From assembly GCA_964016885.1 (NCBI GenBank), contig OZ024744.1:83948001-84012000 (forward strand): a stretch of 64,000 nucleotides of DNA, given 5' to 3'. The stretch comes from Eledone cirrhosa. Its lineage: Eukaryota. Both the position numbers and the translations under genes were made by a program. Below, one piece after another: positions 26,470-41,037 of the stretch. The notes under the pieces are model-generated. The model saw only the letters and a program-made list of their open reading frames with translations. It made no database searches and had not been told where the DNA came from. Numbering within the stretch: position 1 is the first letter of the stretch; every line of letters starts with the position of its first letter.

Positions 26470-27600
26470 TTCATATATATACACACGTACATACACACAC
26501 ATGCCTATATATACACACATACACACACATGCCTATATATACACACATACACACACATGCCCTTAAATACACACATACACACACATGCCCATATATACAC
26601 ACATACACACACATGCCTATATATACACACACATGCCCTTAAATACACACATACACACACATGCCCATATATATACACACATACACACACATGCCTATAT
26701 ATACACACATACACACACATGCCCTTACATACACACATACACACACATGCCCATATATACACACATACACACACATGCCTATATATACACACATACACAC
26801 ACAAGCCCATAATTACACACATACACACACATGCCCTTATATACACTCATACACATACATGCCCTTACATACACACATACACACACATACCTATATATAC
26901 ACACATACACACACATACCCATAATTACACACATACACACACATGCCCTTATATACAGTCATACACACACAGGCCCATATATACACACATGCACACACAT
27001 GCCCATACATACACACATACACACACATGCCTATATATACACATATACACACATACCCATAATTACACACATGCCCTTATATACACACGTACATACACAC
27101 ACATGCCCATATATACACACATACACACACATGCCCATACATACACACATACACACACATGCCCATATATATACACATACACACACATGCCCATACATAC
27201 ACACATACCCACACATGCCCATACATACACACATACACACACATGCCTATATATACACATATACACACATACCCATAATTACACACATACACACACATGC
27301 CCTTATATACACTCATACACATACATGCCCTTACATACACACATACACACACATGCCTATACATACACACATACACACACATGCCCATATATACACACAT
27401 ACACACACGCGACCATACATACACACATACACACACATGCCCATATTTGTACACATACACACACATGCCCATACATACATTCATACACACACATGTCCAT
27501 ACATACACACATACACACACATGCCCATACATACACACACATGTCCATATATACACACATACACACACATGCCCATACATACACACATACACACACGCGA
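26470..27600. repeat. ~26-bp minisatellite (ACACACATACACACACATGCCYATAT)
   Basis: Regular recurrence of CATGCC in a CA/TA background. Confidence 0.85.
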
Positions 27601-27794
27601 CCATAAACGCGTATGTCAATATAAACACATACAAACAAACACGCGTACATATACATACATGCCCATACACACACACACACAGACGCGTTCATATAGATAC
27701 ATACACACAAACATTACTGTCAGTCTGTATGAATCAACAACAAGAATAAAAATAAACCTTGTGAAAACAATAAAAATATATCACTGACCCTACT

Positions 27795-28580
27795 GATGAT
27801 GGTGGTGGTGGTGATGGTGGTGGTGGAGTAGGTGGTGGTGGTAGTGGTAGTGGTGGTGGTCGTTGGTGGTGGAGGCGGTGGTGGTGGTGCTGGTAGTGGT
27901 AGTGTTAGTGGGTGGTTGTTGTTGGTGGTGCGTGGTCGGTGGAGGCTGGTGGTGATGGTGGTGGTGATGGTAGTAGTGGTGATGGTGGTGGTGGTTGTGG
28001 GAGAGGTGGTAGTGGTGGTGGTAGTGGTAGTGGTGTGTTCTTGGTGGTGGTGGAAGCGGTGGTGGTGGTGGTGGTAGTAGCGGTGATGGTTGTGGTGGTG
28101 GTAGTGGTATCGGTGGTTGTTGTTGTTTGAGGTGGTGGTGGTAGTAGTAGTGTTGGTGGTGGTGGTGTTGGATTTGGTTTAGTGGTAGTGGTGGTGGTGG
28201 TGGTTGTTGGTGGTGGTTGTGGTGGTGGAGGCGGTGGTGGTGGTGGTAGAAGTGGTGATGGTTATGGTGGTGGTGGTGGTAGTAGTGGTGATGGAGATGG
28301 TGGTGGTGGTAGTGGTAGTGGTAGTGGTAGTGGTAGTGGTGGTGTTGTTGGTGGGGGGGGGGGTTAGTGGTGGTGGTAGTAGTAGTGGTAGTGGTGGAGT
28401 TGTTGGTGGTGGTGGGGGTGGAGGCGGTTGTGGTGGGTGGTTGTTGTTGTTGGTGGTGGTGGTGGTGGTGGAGGTGGTAGAGGTAGTGGTAGTGGTAGTG
28501 GTGGTTGTTGTTGTTGGCGGTGGTGGTGGAGGCGTTGGTGGCGGCGGTGGTGGTGGTAGTAGTAGTGGTGTTAGTGGTGG
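27795..28580. repeat. (GGT/AGT/TGT)n degenerate trinucleotide tract
   Basis: Directly visible. Confidence 0.9.
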
Positions 28581-28758
28581 AACGTGATAGTGTCATGGCC
28601 CTTGACATTCTGAGTTCAAATTCCGCCGAGGTTAACTTTGCCCTTCATCCTTACGGGGTCGATAGAATATAGTACCAGTTATGTACTAGACCTGTTTTCA
28701 TAGACTTCCTCCTGCCCCAATTTTATTGGCCTTGTGCCTAAATCAGAAACCACCAAAA

Positions 28759-30129
28759 CACTGGTCAACACACTTTTTGCTAACTTGTTTTTTTGTTCTT
28801 TTTAGCTAATTTTGAGGTGCTGATTTCAAATATGGCGTCCATTGTGTTCCTATCACCTCAGGTTTTCATGTTTGTCTTTGGCTCTGCTATCCCATAAACC
28901 CAGTAAACACGGATATCAATGATCAACAAAATTTAGTTGTTATTTTTTTTTGCTGCTGACTTAAGTTATAGTCCTTTTCTTATGTTATTTGAGCCCACTG
29001 AGTTTTAAAATGTCAATACATTTTTTCTTTTTTTTTTTGTCTGGACTGATCCGTGTTTGACCTACTCATAGCTACAACAGATATCATGGGTAATAATTTA
29101 TGTTGATGTTTTATTTTATCTATCTAGATACACCTAGATATATAAATATATTATATCTATAATTATTTTCCCTCTTTTCATATTGATGTTAAGAAATAAC
29201 ATAGATGTTCAGTAGCATGGCTTCATTACGAAGAAATTGTTTGCATTCCCTTCATTTTTTATTTATTTATTTTTTATTTTATTTTTGTTTTGTTACTATA
29301 TATGCGGTAGTTTTAGAGTGCCAAGTTAAAGAATGAACATTAGTGAATTTGTGAAAAGAGCATACTTGCTTTAAGCTTAAACTTGGTGATCGGGATAAAT
29401 CGTGGACCCCGCACAATGTATGTAAACCATAGAGCAGAATACGCTGCAGAAAGAAACAATTGTAACTATTAAATGATATTAAAAAAGATCACTTAGCATT
29501 CTTTAAAACTGAAAAAGATTTTGATACTTTTGCGACGTAGCGGAACTGTTAAAAGCGATGGGTGCTCTACAGTATGATTCTTATGAATGGAGACTCTTTA
29601 ATGATAGTACAACGAAGAGTCTAAAATGTGTATTACACCATAATGGAAACTTGTTAGGTGCAATTTTTATTAGTCCCTTTGCGCACTTAAAAGAGAAGAA
29701 TAAAAATATAAAAAAACTGTATTAAATTTACTCAAGTATGATGAACACGAACGGGACATATGTGTGGATCTGAAAATGGTCAACTTTTTTACTTGGCCAA
29801 AGAGGAGGGTATACAAAATACACTGATCAAAACAACTTTTGCTGACTTGGGTTTTGTTTTTAGCTAATTTTGAGGTGCTGATTTCAAATATGGCATCCAT
29901 GTTTTCCTCACATATTAGGTTTTCATGTTTGTCTTTCGCTCAGCTATCTCATAAACAAAGGAAACACGGGTATTTTGTAAAAAACTCCTTGTTGGCCAAA
30001 TGAAAACATGAGGTGATAGAAAAAAAAAACGTATTGTCATTTTTAAACTCAGCAGCCCTAAATTACCCAAGAATAGGGTCTCAAACTTAGGTCAGAAAAA
30101 AAAAAAAAACAGATTTTTGCTGACCAGTG
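28759..30129 (+). mobile_element. Chapaev3-like (CMC) DNA transposon relic with a duplicated left end
   Basis: Termini CACTGGTCAACA and TGCTGACCAGTG. Transposase remnants FCYYICG, LKLGDRDKSWTPHNVC, EWRL and ICVDLKMVNFLLGQ. A second left end starts at 29821. Confidence 0.7.
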
Positions 30130-30319
30130 TTATCATTATTATGAATTTGTTATCTCAGTCATTTCTGTTATTTAACAGGAAAATTTGCTCTAATAAACAT
30201 CAAGCCGCTACCTGCAGTCTCAGATATTCTAGACGTATCGGAGGATCTTTGCTTTTCTCAGTAGGTATGCTTTTTGAAGTGTCTAAAAAAGGGGGGGGGG
30301 GGGGGCTTGGTTAATGTTC

Positions 30320-32470
<2,151 letters not shown>

Positions 32471-33407
32471 ATACACAAATCCACACTGATCGGCTTTTAA
32501 TGTGAATTTTTCTAAACAGTGGGAAAGAAACCGAGAGTGGGTACTTTTAACACTCTTGATGTGACAGAGTAAGTTGGGATTTTGTATGGGGGTTCTCCCT
32601 GAAATAGTGGTGGTAGTGTTTCGTGGGTGGTGAACAGAAAGGAAGAAGAGAGTTAAGAAAGAAGTTTGAATTTGGACGTTATTTATCTAATCTAGCTATC
32701 AGATGATAACGACAGACAGCCAAACAGCAAAACAGCCAGACAGTCAAACAACCAGACAGACAATCAAACAGCCAGACAGCCAGACAGACAGAAAATCAGA
32801 CAGAATCAGCCACACAGATATCCAAACCGCCAGACAGCCAAGCAACCAGACAAGCATGCAGAGAGAGATAGGAACAAACAGAGAAAATGAGTTCATCTTT
32901 TCAGCATTGTTCACACATTTGAGTGCCATTGGCTGTCACAGAGCGGCGTCTGTCCATCGTCAAACTCTGGTCATCAATGTGCCAGCCATTCATTTCACGA
33001 AATACACACACATACACACACACACGCATACACACACGTACATACACACACACAAATGCATGCAAAAACACTCAGTCACATATACACGAGCACACACACA
33101 TACATACGCACACACACTCACGTTCACACACACACAAATGCATGCAAAAACACTCACTGTCACATATACACAAGCACACAGACACAGACACACAGACATG
33201 CATACATACACACACTCACGTTCACACACACACACACACACAAATGCATGCAAAAACACTCACTGTCACATATACACGAGCACACACATGCCCATACACA
33301 TGTATATATATATATATAAACATACGTACTTACAGAGGAACATGTACGTATAACACGCACACACACACGGACACATATACACTCATACACTCACAAGCAC
33401 ACATACA

Positions 33408-33581
<174 letters not shown>

Positions 33582-33639
33582 TTCACACACATCTGCACTT
33601 CGTTCAAGTAAGAAAATAGAGCTAATGACGATGATGTTG

Positions 33640-35405
33640 AAGATAACACGATGGTGGAGGTGATGATGATATTAATGACGGTGGTGGTGGTGTTTGAGAG
33701 GAGGGTGGTAGGGGTGGCGGCGGTGCTTCTAGCGGCGTGGAGGATTGATGGTGGTGTTTGTGGCGTTGGGGAAACAGTGATGATGGTGATGGTGGTGTTT
33801 GTGGCGTTGGGTGGGGGGGGGGTAAGTGGAGGTGGAACGTGATGGTGATGAGGAGGAGGATGAAAATGATAATTATAAAGATGGGGGGAATGGTGGTTGC
33901 GGTGGTGGTAGTGATGGTGCCGATGGTGGGGGTGGTGATGGTGGTGGTAGTGGTGGTGCCGGTGGTGAGAGTGGTGATGGTGGTGAGGGTGGTTGCGGTG
34001 GTGGTAGTGATGGTGCCGGTGGTGGGGGTGGTGATGCCGGTGGTAGTGGTGGTGCCGGTGGTGGGAGTGGTGATGCCGGTGGTAGTGATGGTGCCGGTGG
34101 TGGGGGTGGTGATGGCGGTGGTAGTGGTTGTGACGGTGGTGGGGGTGGTGATGCCGGTGGTAGTGGTGGTGCCGGTGGTGGGAGTGGTGATGCCGGTGGT
34201 AGTGATGGTGCCGGTGGTGGGGGTGGTGATGGCGGTGGTAGTGGTTGTGACGGTGGTGGGGGTGGTGATGCCGGTGGTAGTGGTGGTGCCGGTGGTGGGG
34301 TTGCTGATGCCGGTGGTGAGGGTGGTGCCGGGGGGGATGCCGGTGGTAGTGGTGGTGCCGGTGGTGGGGTTGCTGATGCCGGTGGTGAGGGTGGTGCCGG
34401 GGGAGGATGCCGGTGGTAGTGGTGGTGCCGGTGGTAGTGGTGGTGCCGGTGGTAGTGGTGATGGTGGTGCCGGTGGTAGTGGTGGTGCCGGTGGTAGTGG
34501 TGATGGTGGTGCCGGTGGTAGTGGTGGTGCCGGTGGTAGGGGTCATGGTGGTGGTAGTGGTGATGGTGGTGCCGGTGGTGAGGGTGGTGCCGGTGGTGAG
34601 AGTGGTGATGGTGGTGGTAGTGGTGGTGCCGGTGGTAGGGGTCATGGTGGTGGTAGTGGTGAGGGTGGTGCCGGGGGGGATGCCGGTGGTGGTGCCGGTG
34701 GTAGTCGTGATGGTGGTGACGGTGGTGACGGTGGCGCCGGTGGTGAGAGTGGAGATGGTGGTGGTAGTGGTGGTGCCGGTGGTAGTGGTGATGGTGGTGG
34801 TAGTGGTGATGACGGTGGTGACGGTGGCGCCGGTGGTGAGAGTGGAGATGGTGGTGGTAGTGGTGGTGCCGGTGGTAGTGGTGATGGTAGTGGTAGTGGT
34901 GATGATGGTGGTAGTGGTGGTGCCGGTGGTAGGGGTGATGGTGGTGGTAGTGGTGATGATGGTGGTAGTGGTGGTGCCGGTGGTAGTGGTGGTGCCGGTG
35001 GTGAGGGTGGTGCCTTGGTGGAGGTGTTGATGATGGTGGTGGTGGTGGGGGTGGGGGTAGTGGTGGGGGTGGTCATGATGGGAATGATGGTGTAAGAGGA
35101 TGATGGTTATTATTATTATTATTATGATGATAGCGGGGAAGTGTAAGATGGGATGAAGATAAGGGGAAGAAGGAGGAGGAGAATGACGACAACCATCACC
35201 ACCACCACCACTACCACCACTACCACTACAACCACTACCATCACCACTACCACCACCACTACCCCCACTACCACTATCACCACCACTACCACCACCACTA
35301 CCACTACCACCACCACCAACACCACCACAATCACTACCACCATCGCCTTCACCACCACCACCACCATCGCCTTCACCACCACCACCACCACCACAACAAC
35401 AACAA
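33640..35405. repeat. GGT-rich minisatellite (18-bp core GCCGGTGGTAGTGGTGGT) followed by an inverted (ACC)n tract
   Basis: Directly visible; explains the 703-aa and 445-aa low-complexity ORFs. Confidence 0.9.
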
Positions 35406-35519
35406 CCGAAGATGACAGAATAATGGGATGAAAGAACAAAAAAATCAGTCAGTAAAAATATGAAAAATGGCTGACAGAACGACAAAAAGAACAAAGAGAA
35501 AAATATAGAAAAGTATTAA

Positions 35520-35965
35520 AAGATTGAGGAAAAATATATGGAAATGATTACGATGACAATTATCATGATGGTGATGGTGATACGTATGATGATGTGATGA
35601 TGCTGAGGTGGTGGGGTGACGATGAGAGGACGATGAGGGGACGAGGAGGATGTGATGATGATGATGATGATTGATGATTGATGATTGATGATGGTGATGA
35701 TGACAATGATGATGTTGATGACGATGACATTGATGATGATGACGATGATGATGATGATGATGATAATGATGATGATGATGATGATGATGATAGTGATGAT
35801 GATGCTGATGATGATGACGATTATGATGATGATGATGATGATGATGATGATAATGATGATGATAATGATGATGATGATGACGATGGCATTGGCGATGATG
35901 GTGGTGATGATGATGGTGATTTATTATGTGATGATGATTATGATGATGTGATGATGATGATGTTA

Positions 35966-36000
<35 letters not shown>
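35520..36000. repeat. (GAT)n/(TTA)n microsatellite
   Basis: Directly visible. Confidence 0.95.
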
Positions 36001-37745
36001 TATACTTTGCCTTTATATCCTTACGGGGTCAATAAAATAAAGTACCAGTAATACACTGAGTAATTGCTGGACTTGTGCCAAAACTAGAAACAATTATTAT
36101 TATTTATACTGCCAAGTTCAAGGGAAAAGGGAAAGTCGATTAAATCGACACCTGTGTCTGACTGATACTTTATTTTATCTACCCCGTAAGGATGAAAAGC
36201 AAAGCTAACCTCGACTGGATTTGAACTCAGAACGTAAAGAGGTGTAACTCTATGCCACAAAGCATGTTGTCCGACGCTCTACCAATATTGCCAATCATCT
36301 GACGATGCTCTTGGAGCGTCGGGTGGTTGGTTCAGAATCGGGCGGATAGCGTCCTGAGTCACCATTGGGTGGACCTCCCCCCCCTGTTGGGGATTTTTTA
36401 TTGTTATAATTATATTGTTTATTGCTATTGTTTTTTAACATTGTTCACTCGATTTTCTGTAAAACACCCATGCCCCTGTCCTTCGTATTATCCCATATAT
36501 ATCAGCCATAGTGAACAAGAAAGAAATTATTTTTATTATTATTATTTGGAAGTATTATTGGCACAAGACCAGCAATTACCCAGTACATTACTGGTACTTT
36601 ATTTTATTCATCCTTACGGGGTCGATAAAATAAAGTACCAGTAATGCACTGGGTAATTGCTGGCCTTGTGCCTAACGTAGAAACAATTATTATTACTGGA
36701 TTGGCAGTATCGGTAGAGGGTCGGACGCCACGCTTTCCAGCATAGTTACGTCCCTTTACGATCTGACTTCAAATCCCGCCGTAATGTACTGGGTAATTGC
36801 TGGTCTTGTGCCAAAAGTAGAAACAATTATTATTTGAGGGTGTGGATTGGCAGTAAAGGTAGAGGGTCGAACGCCATGCTTTGCATCAAAGAGTTACGGC
36901 CCTTTATTATCTGAGTTCAAATCCCGCCGAGGTTAACTTTGCCTTTCATCCTTACGGGGGTCGATAAAATAAAGTACCCATAATACACTGGGACAATTGC
37001 TGGCCTTGTGCCAAAAGTAGAAACAATTATTTGGAAGTATCGTTAGAGCGTCGGACAATATAATGTATGGCTTAGGGTTACGGCCCTTTTCGATCTGAAT
37101 TCGATTCATGCCGGGGTTAGTTTTACCTTTCATCCTAACTGGGTCGATAAAATAAAGTACAAATAATGCACATGCGTCGATTTAATCGACTTTCCCTTCC
37201 GCCTTTTTCCTATGGTAGAAATCAATATTATGTTATTAATGCAGGTGTTATTAGAACTCATCACTATGTAGAGACAAAAGTCGTACTAATCGTCATTGTG
37301 ATGCTAGGCACGGTACCTAAACGTCTTACGTCTTTCATTAAAAGCCTTTGAATCACTGACTTCACAGGCAGTGGCCAAATCCCTACCATCACTAGCACTG
37401 CGAGAATCCTAGGCGATATGATGAGCCTTTGATATCAAGAACTGATCTGTGGCCAAATAACATGCTGCACCTAGGAACCGATTGCTAAGGATACCCTACA
37501 AAAGGGGGGGGGGATTATTATCATCATCATCATCAAGGGCGATCGATGGAAGAATCGTTAAAGAGTCGGACAAAATGCTTTACGTTATTTAGTTTCGACT
37601 TTTCTACATTTTGTGTTCAAATCCCGTTCCAATTTCATCCTTCCAGAGTCGATAAAATAATGTAGCTGCCACATGCTAAGGTGAATGTAATCGACTTTCG
37701 CTTCCCCACAAATTTAGGCAGGAACCTTGTGCCTAAACTAGAAAT
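36000..37745. mobile_element. Mosaic of family A SINE copies in both orientations, with a Tx1 3'-UTR fragment (~36300-36530) and an R4-like fragment (~37270-37430)
   Basis: SINE body repeats. The 36300-36530 segment resembles the 3' UTR at 38185-38400. VVLIVIVMLGTVPKRL resembles the endonuclease C-terminus. Confidence 0.65.
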
Positions 37746-38077
37746 CATTATCATGTTTGCTTTCTGTTTGTACCTAATGTCTGTCGTTTCATCGCTTGTC
37801 CCTCATTTTCGTTATCTACAATACACATATTGCTGCAGTATTTGTTATATTCTTATTCATAAAGTTTCCTAGATAGTGCTTCGAATAATTCAACACATAT
37901 TTTGAACATTTTGCTGCAGAAATCTAAAAGATTATTTTTGATTTTTGATTTTTATAAAACTACAAAATGGCGTCGTTAACTTCATCAATATATAAAAAAA
38001 AAAGATTCTCTCTATTACCATCTATTATATTCGCCAGCTGCAGCAATAGGAACAACAACAACTACTACTACTACAAT

Positions 38078-38113
<36 letters not shown>

Positions 38114-38116
38114 AAT

Positions 38117-38165
<49 letters not shown>

Positions 38166-38184
38166 GCTGCTGATGCTAATAATG

Positions 38185-41015
38185 ATTTCATTTATTGGCC
38201 TCAAGGGCCAACATATAGGGGACAATACAAAAGACTGGGACAGTGGGGTTTTACAGAAAAATCGAGTAAACAATATGAATAACAATAACAAAGTAACAAG
38301 AAAATTACAAGAAAAAATTCCCCAATAGGGGGGATGACCACCCAGGGTTCGTTCAGGTACCCCACCAATCCTGAACGACCTATGCTTCGAGAGGACCCTG
38401 GAAGGGCACCCCTCTTCTCCTCAAATTTACCTACCTACAGCCGCAGACCAGAGTAGGCCCACTCACACGGGCCATTCTTGCCACATTCACCCACCTTTCA
38501 GAAAATGTACTGCGAGGCAGCACTTCTCTCTCCACCCTCACCAAGTGAAACTTGAAGAAGTTGATGAGGGATTGGCCGAAGAGAAAAGTGTCTGTCTTCA
38601 GTCCTTTCAATCTTGGCCACCATATAACCTCTTTCACAACTGCCACCACACAGAGGAAAATTGCCTGCCCTTCCTGGCCAAAAGAAGGCGGCGGGTCGAT
38701 CTTCACTATGGACTCGGCCGATAACCGGATCCGTTCTACACGCGACAACAGCTGTTCAACATAACTCCACAAGTCAGTAATGCACGGACACTGGACGAGT
38801 GCGTGCACAACGGTTTCGTCGCTCTGCGTGCATCTTGGGCAGGTCCGTCTAACAGCACTTCTGTGCCTGTAGAGTTTATCTAGAACCGGCAGTGCCCCCG
38901 GTAGCACTGCCAAGCGAGGGATGTTTGGAAATTATCCATCGTCCCCGGCTCGAAAGTCCTCCGGTACAGACTGGTTAGTTCGACTTCGTCGACTCCCAGA
39001 GCCTCTCCGAGTGCGTCGTCGCACTTGCCCACCACTAATCCTCTTTAGAACTCGAGAGTGGAAGTTCCACTGACCGCATTGCTCGCCTGGTAGAGGGCAG
39101 TGAGTGCCTGACAACATTCCAGATGCCAGTCACCCAGTCTCGGTCTCTTCTTGATCCAGGACTGCAGCTCAGTCAAAGAGACGAACTGAGAAACCGCGAC
39201 CACACCTGTTCAACGTTTAGGCAGAATATCTGGAGATACCGCAGCCTCAGCGCGTGTCTGCGCATCATTAGCGACGGCATGCCCAGCCCTCCACGTAGAG
39301 GGTGCTGGCAGCAGATGGACCGCCTCACCAGCGGAACCTGACCCCTCCACAAGAATTTGAAAACGAGCCGCTCCAAGATGGCGAGGCGCGAACGGGGGCA
39401 AGGGAAGACAGTCAGACAGTAGTAGATGACGGACACGATGTACGCGTTCGCCACCTCCGCCCGACCTTTCAGTGATAGCTTCCTCCCAGCCCATTTCTGG
39501 GTGAGACTGGCTACCCTGCCCGTCACCTCGCCTCAATTCTTATCCACCTGGAGATCTGGCCCGAACCAAACCTCGAGCAAGTTTACCGGTCAGTCTGTCC
39601 AGCGCCTAACGACACTGTTGGACGGCATGGACTTGCCTCTCCAGGTGCCGAGTTACAAGCCCACCGACTTTTCCGGGTTAAGTTTTGTTCCCGTCAACCT
39701 TTCATATTCCTCCAATAAGTTGCCGACCACCTCGATTTCTGAGGTGTCCGACACCAACACGTGATGTCATCCGCATAAGGCGACACTGCATTTCCGCTTC
39801 TCGATTCGAGCGGGATGCCCTGCAACAGCTCCAGCTTCCGCAGTAAAGGCTCGAGAGTCAATATATACAGAAGGGAGGAGAGAGGGCACTCTTGACGGAC
39901 CGATCGGGATACCTGAAACGGTTCCGAGAGGTGGCCATTAATTTTGACCACTGAGCAGGTGTCGCTGTGCATTGCGGCGATCCAGCTTCTGAAGACGGGG
40001 CCGAAGCCAGCCGCCTTGAGGACAGCCTCCAGGTACCGATCAGAGCCCCACCGAAGCCAGGTTTACACCCTACCCTCTCTATGATGTATCGCATGAGGTG
40101 CAAGTTGTCGTGTATGGACCTGGTTGGGATTGCGCAAGTTTGCGCCTCCCCAACCAAATCCCCGACGACAAGCGCCAACCTCTTCGCTAACAGCCTGGCC
40201 AAAATCTTAAACTCTGTGTTGAGCAGAGTTATGGGACTAAAATTGTCTAATGTGTCCCTCTTCTTCTCGTCTTTCCTTATCAGCGTCACTACGCCCCGGC
40301 TCACAGAACTGGGAATATTCCCTTCTGCTGCAGTGGCAGTGGAGCGCTTCGAGGAGATTGGAGAACAAGTCTGGCATATTTATGTAAAGCTCGTAGAGCA
40401 GACCATCCAAACCGGGTGTCTTGCGCCTCATGCAACCGACAAGGCATCCTGAATCTCGGCTGAAGTAATCGGCCTTTCACAGCGCCATGTGTCGGCCGTC
40501 GAGAGTTGCGGCAAGCCATCGAGGTAGGTACTGAAGTCTGCCACCGTCTCTGACCCGCCACTTCCCCCGAACAACCGAGCAAAATATTGGCGAAAGGCCT
40601 CACACATCCTCTTAGAATCGATCAGCTCGTATCTGTCTCGGTTCGTGGTTTTATTACCACGCTGCGCATCGAACAGCTTTGGTTCCCTCGTTTCTCAGAG
40701 CACGCGCATTAGCTCTGACAATGCAACCGTCGTGTTTCGCATTGAAGAAATGGTATAATGCCATTCCCACCGCTGGCACGTTAGTTGCAATGCCACTACA
40801 AATAGCCTCGTCTAACTTATCTATCAAGTCCCCCTCCTTTCTATTTTTCTCTAACGCAACTTCTTTGCTAAACTCTATCGATATTACCCTAATCTCTCTT
40901 TTGCGATCCCCCCACCATCTATTGTTGACGATTCCCCCTGTCAACTTTTTCTTAACTAGATTGTTGACCTGGTCCCTGTAAACCTTACGTACCGGAAATG
41001 ACATGTTCAGCTTCC
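38185..41015 (-). mobile_element. 5'-truncated Tx1-clade LINE (decayed ORF2)
   Basis: KLN, KTPGLDGL.YE, PITLLNTEFKILA, YADD and CPRC..HALVQC. The 3' end is CCAATAAATGAAA. Confidence 0.9.
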
Positions 41016-41037
41016 TAAACTACTAATGCTAATAATG

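Noticed and set aside
26347-27787. 419-aa His/Thr-rich ORF or CRISPR-like periodicity
   Set aside because: It is a simple ~26-bp minisatellite with no unique spacers, in a eukaryotic context.
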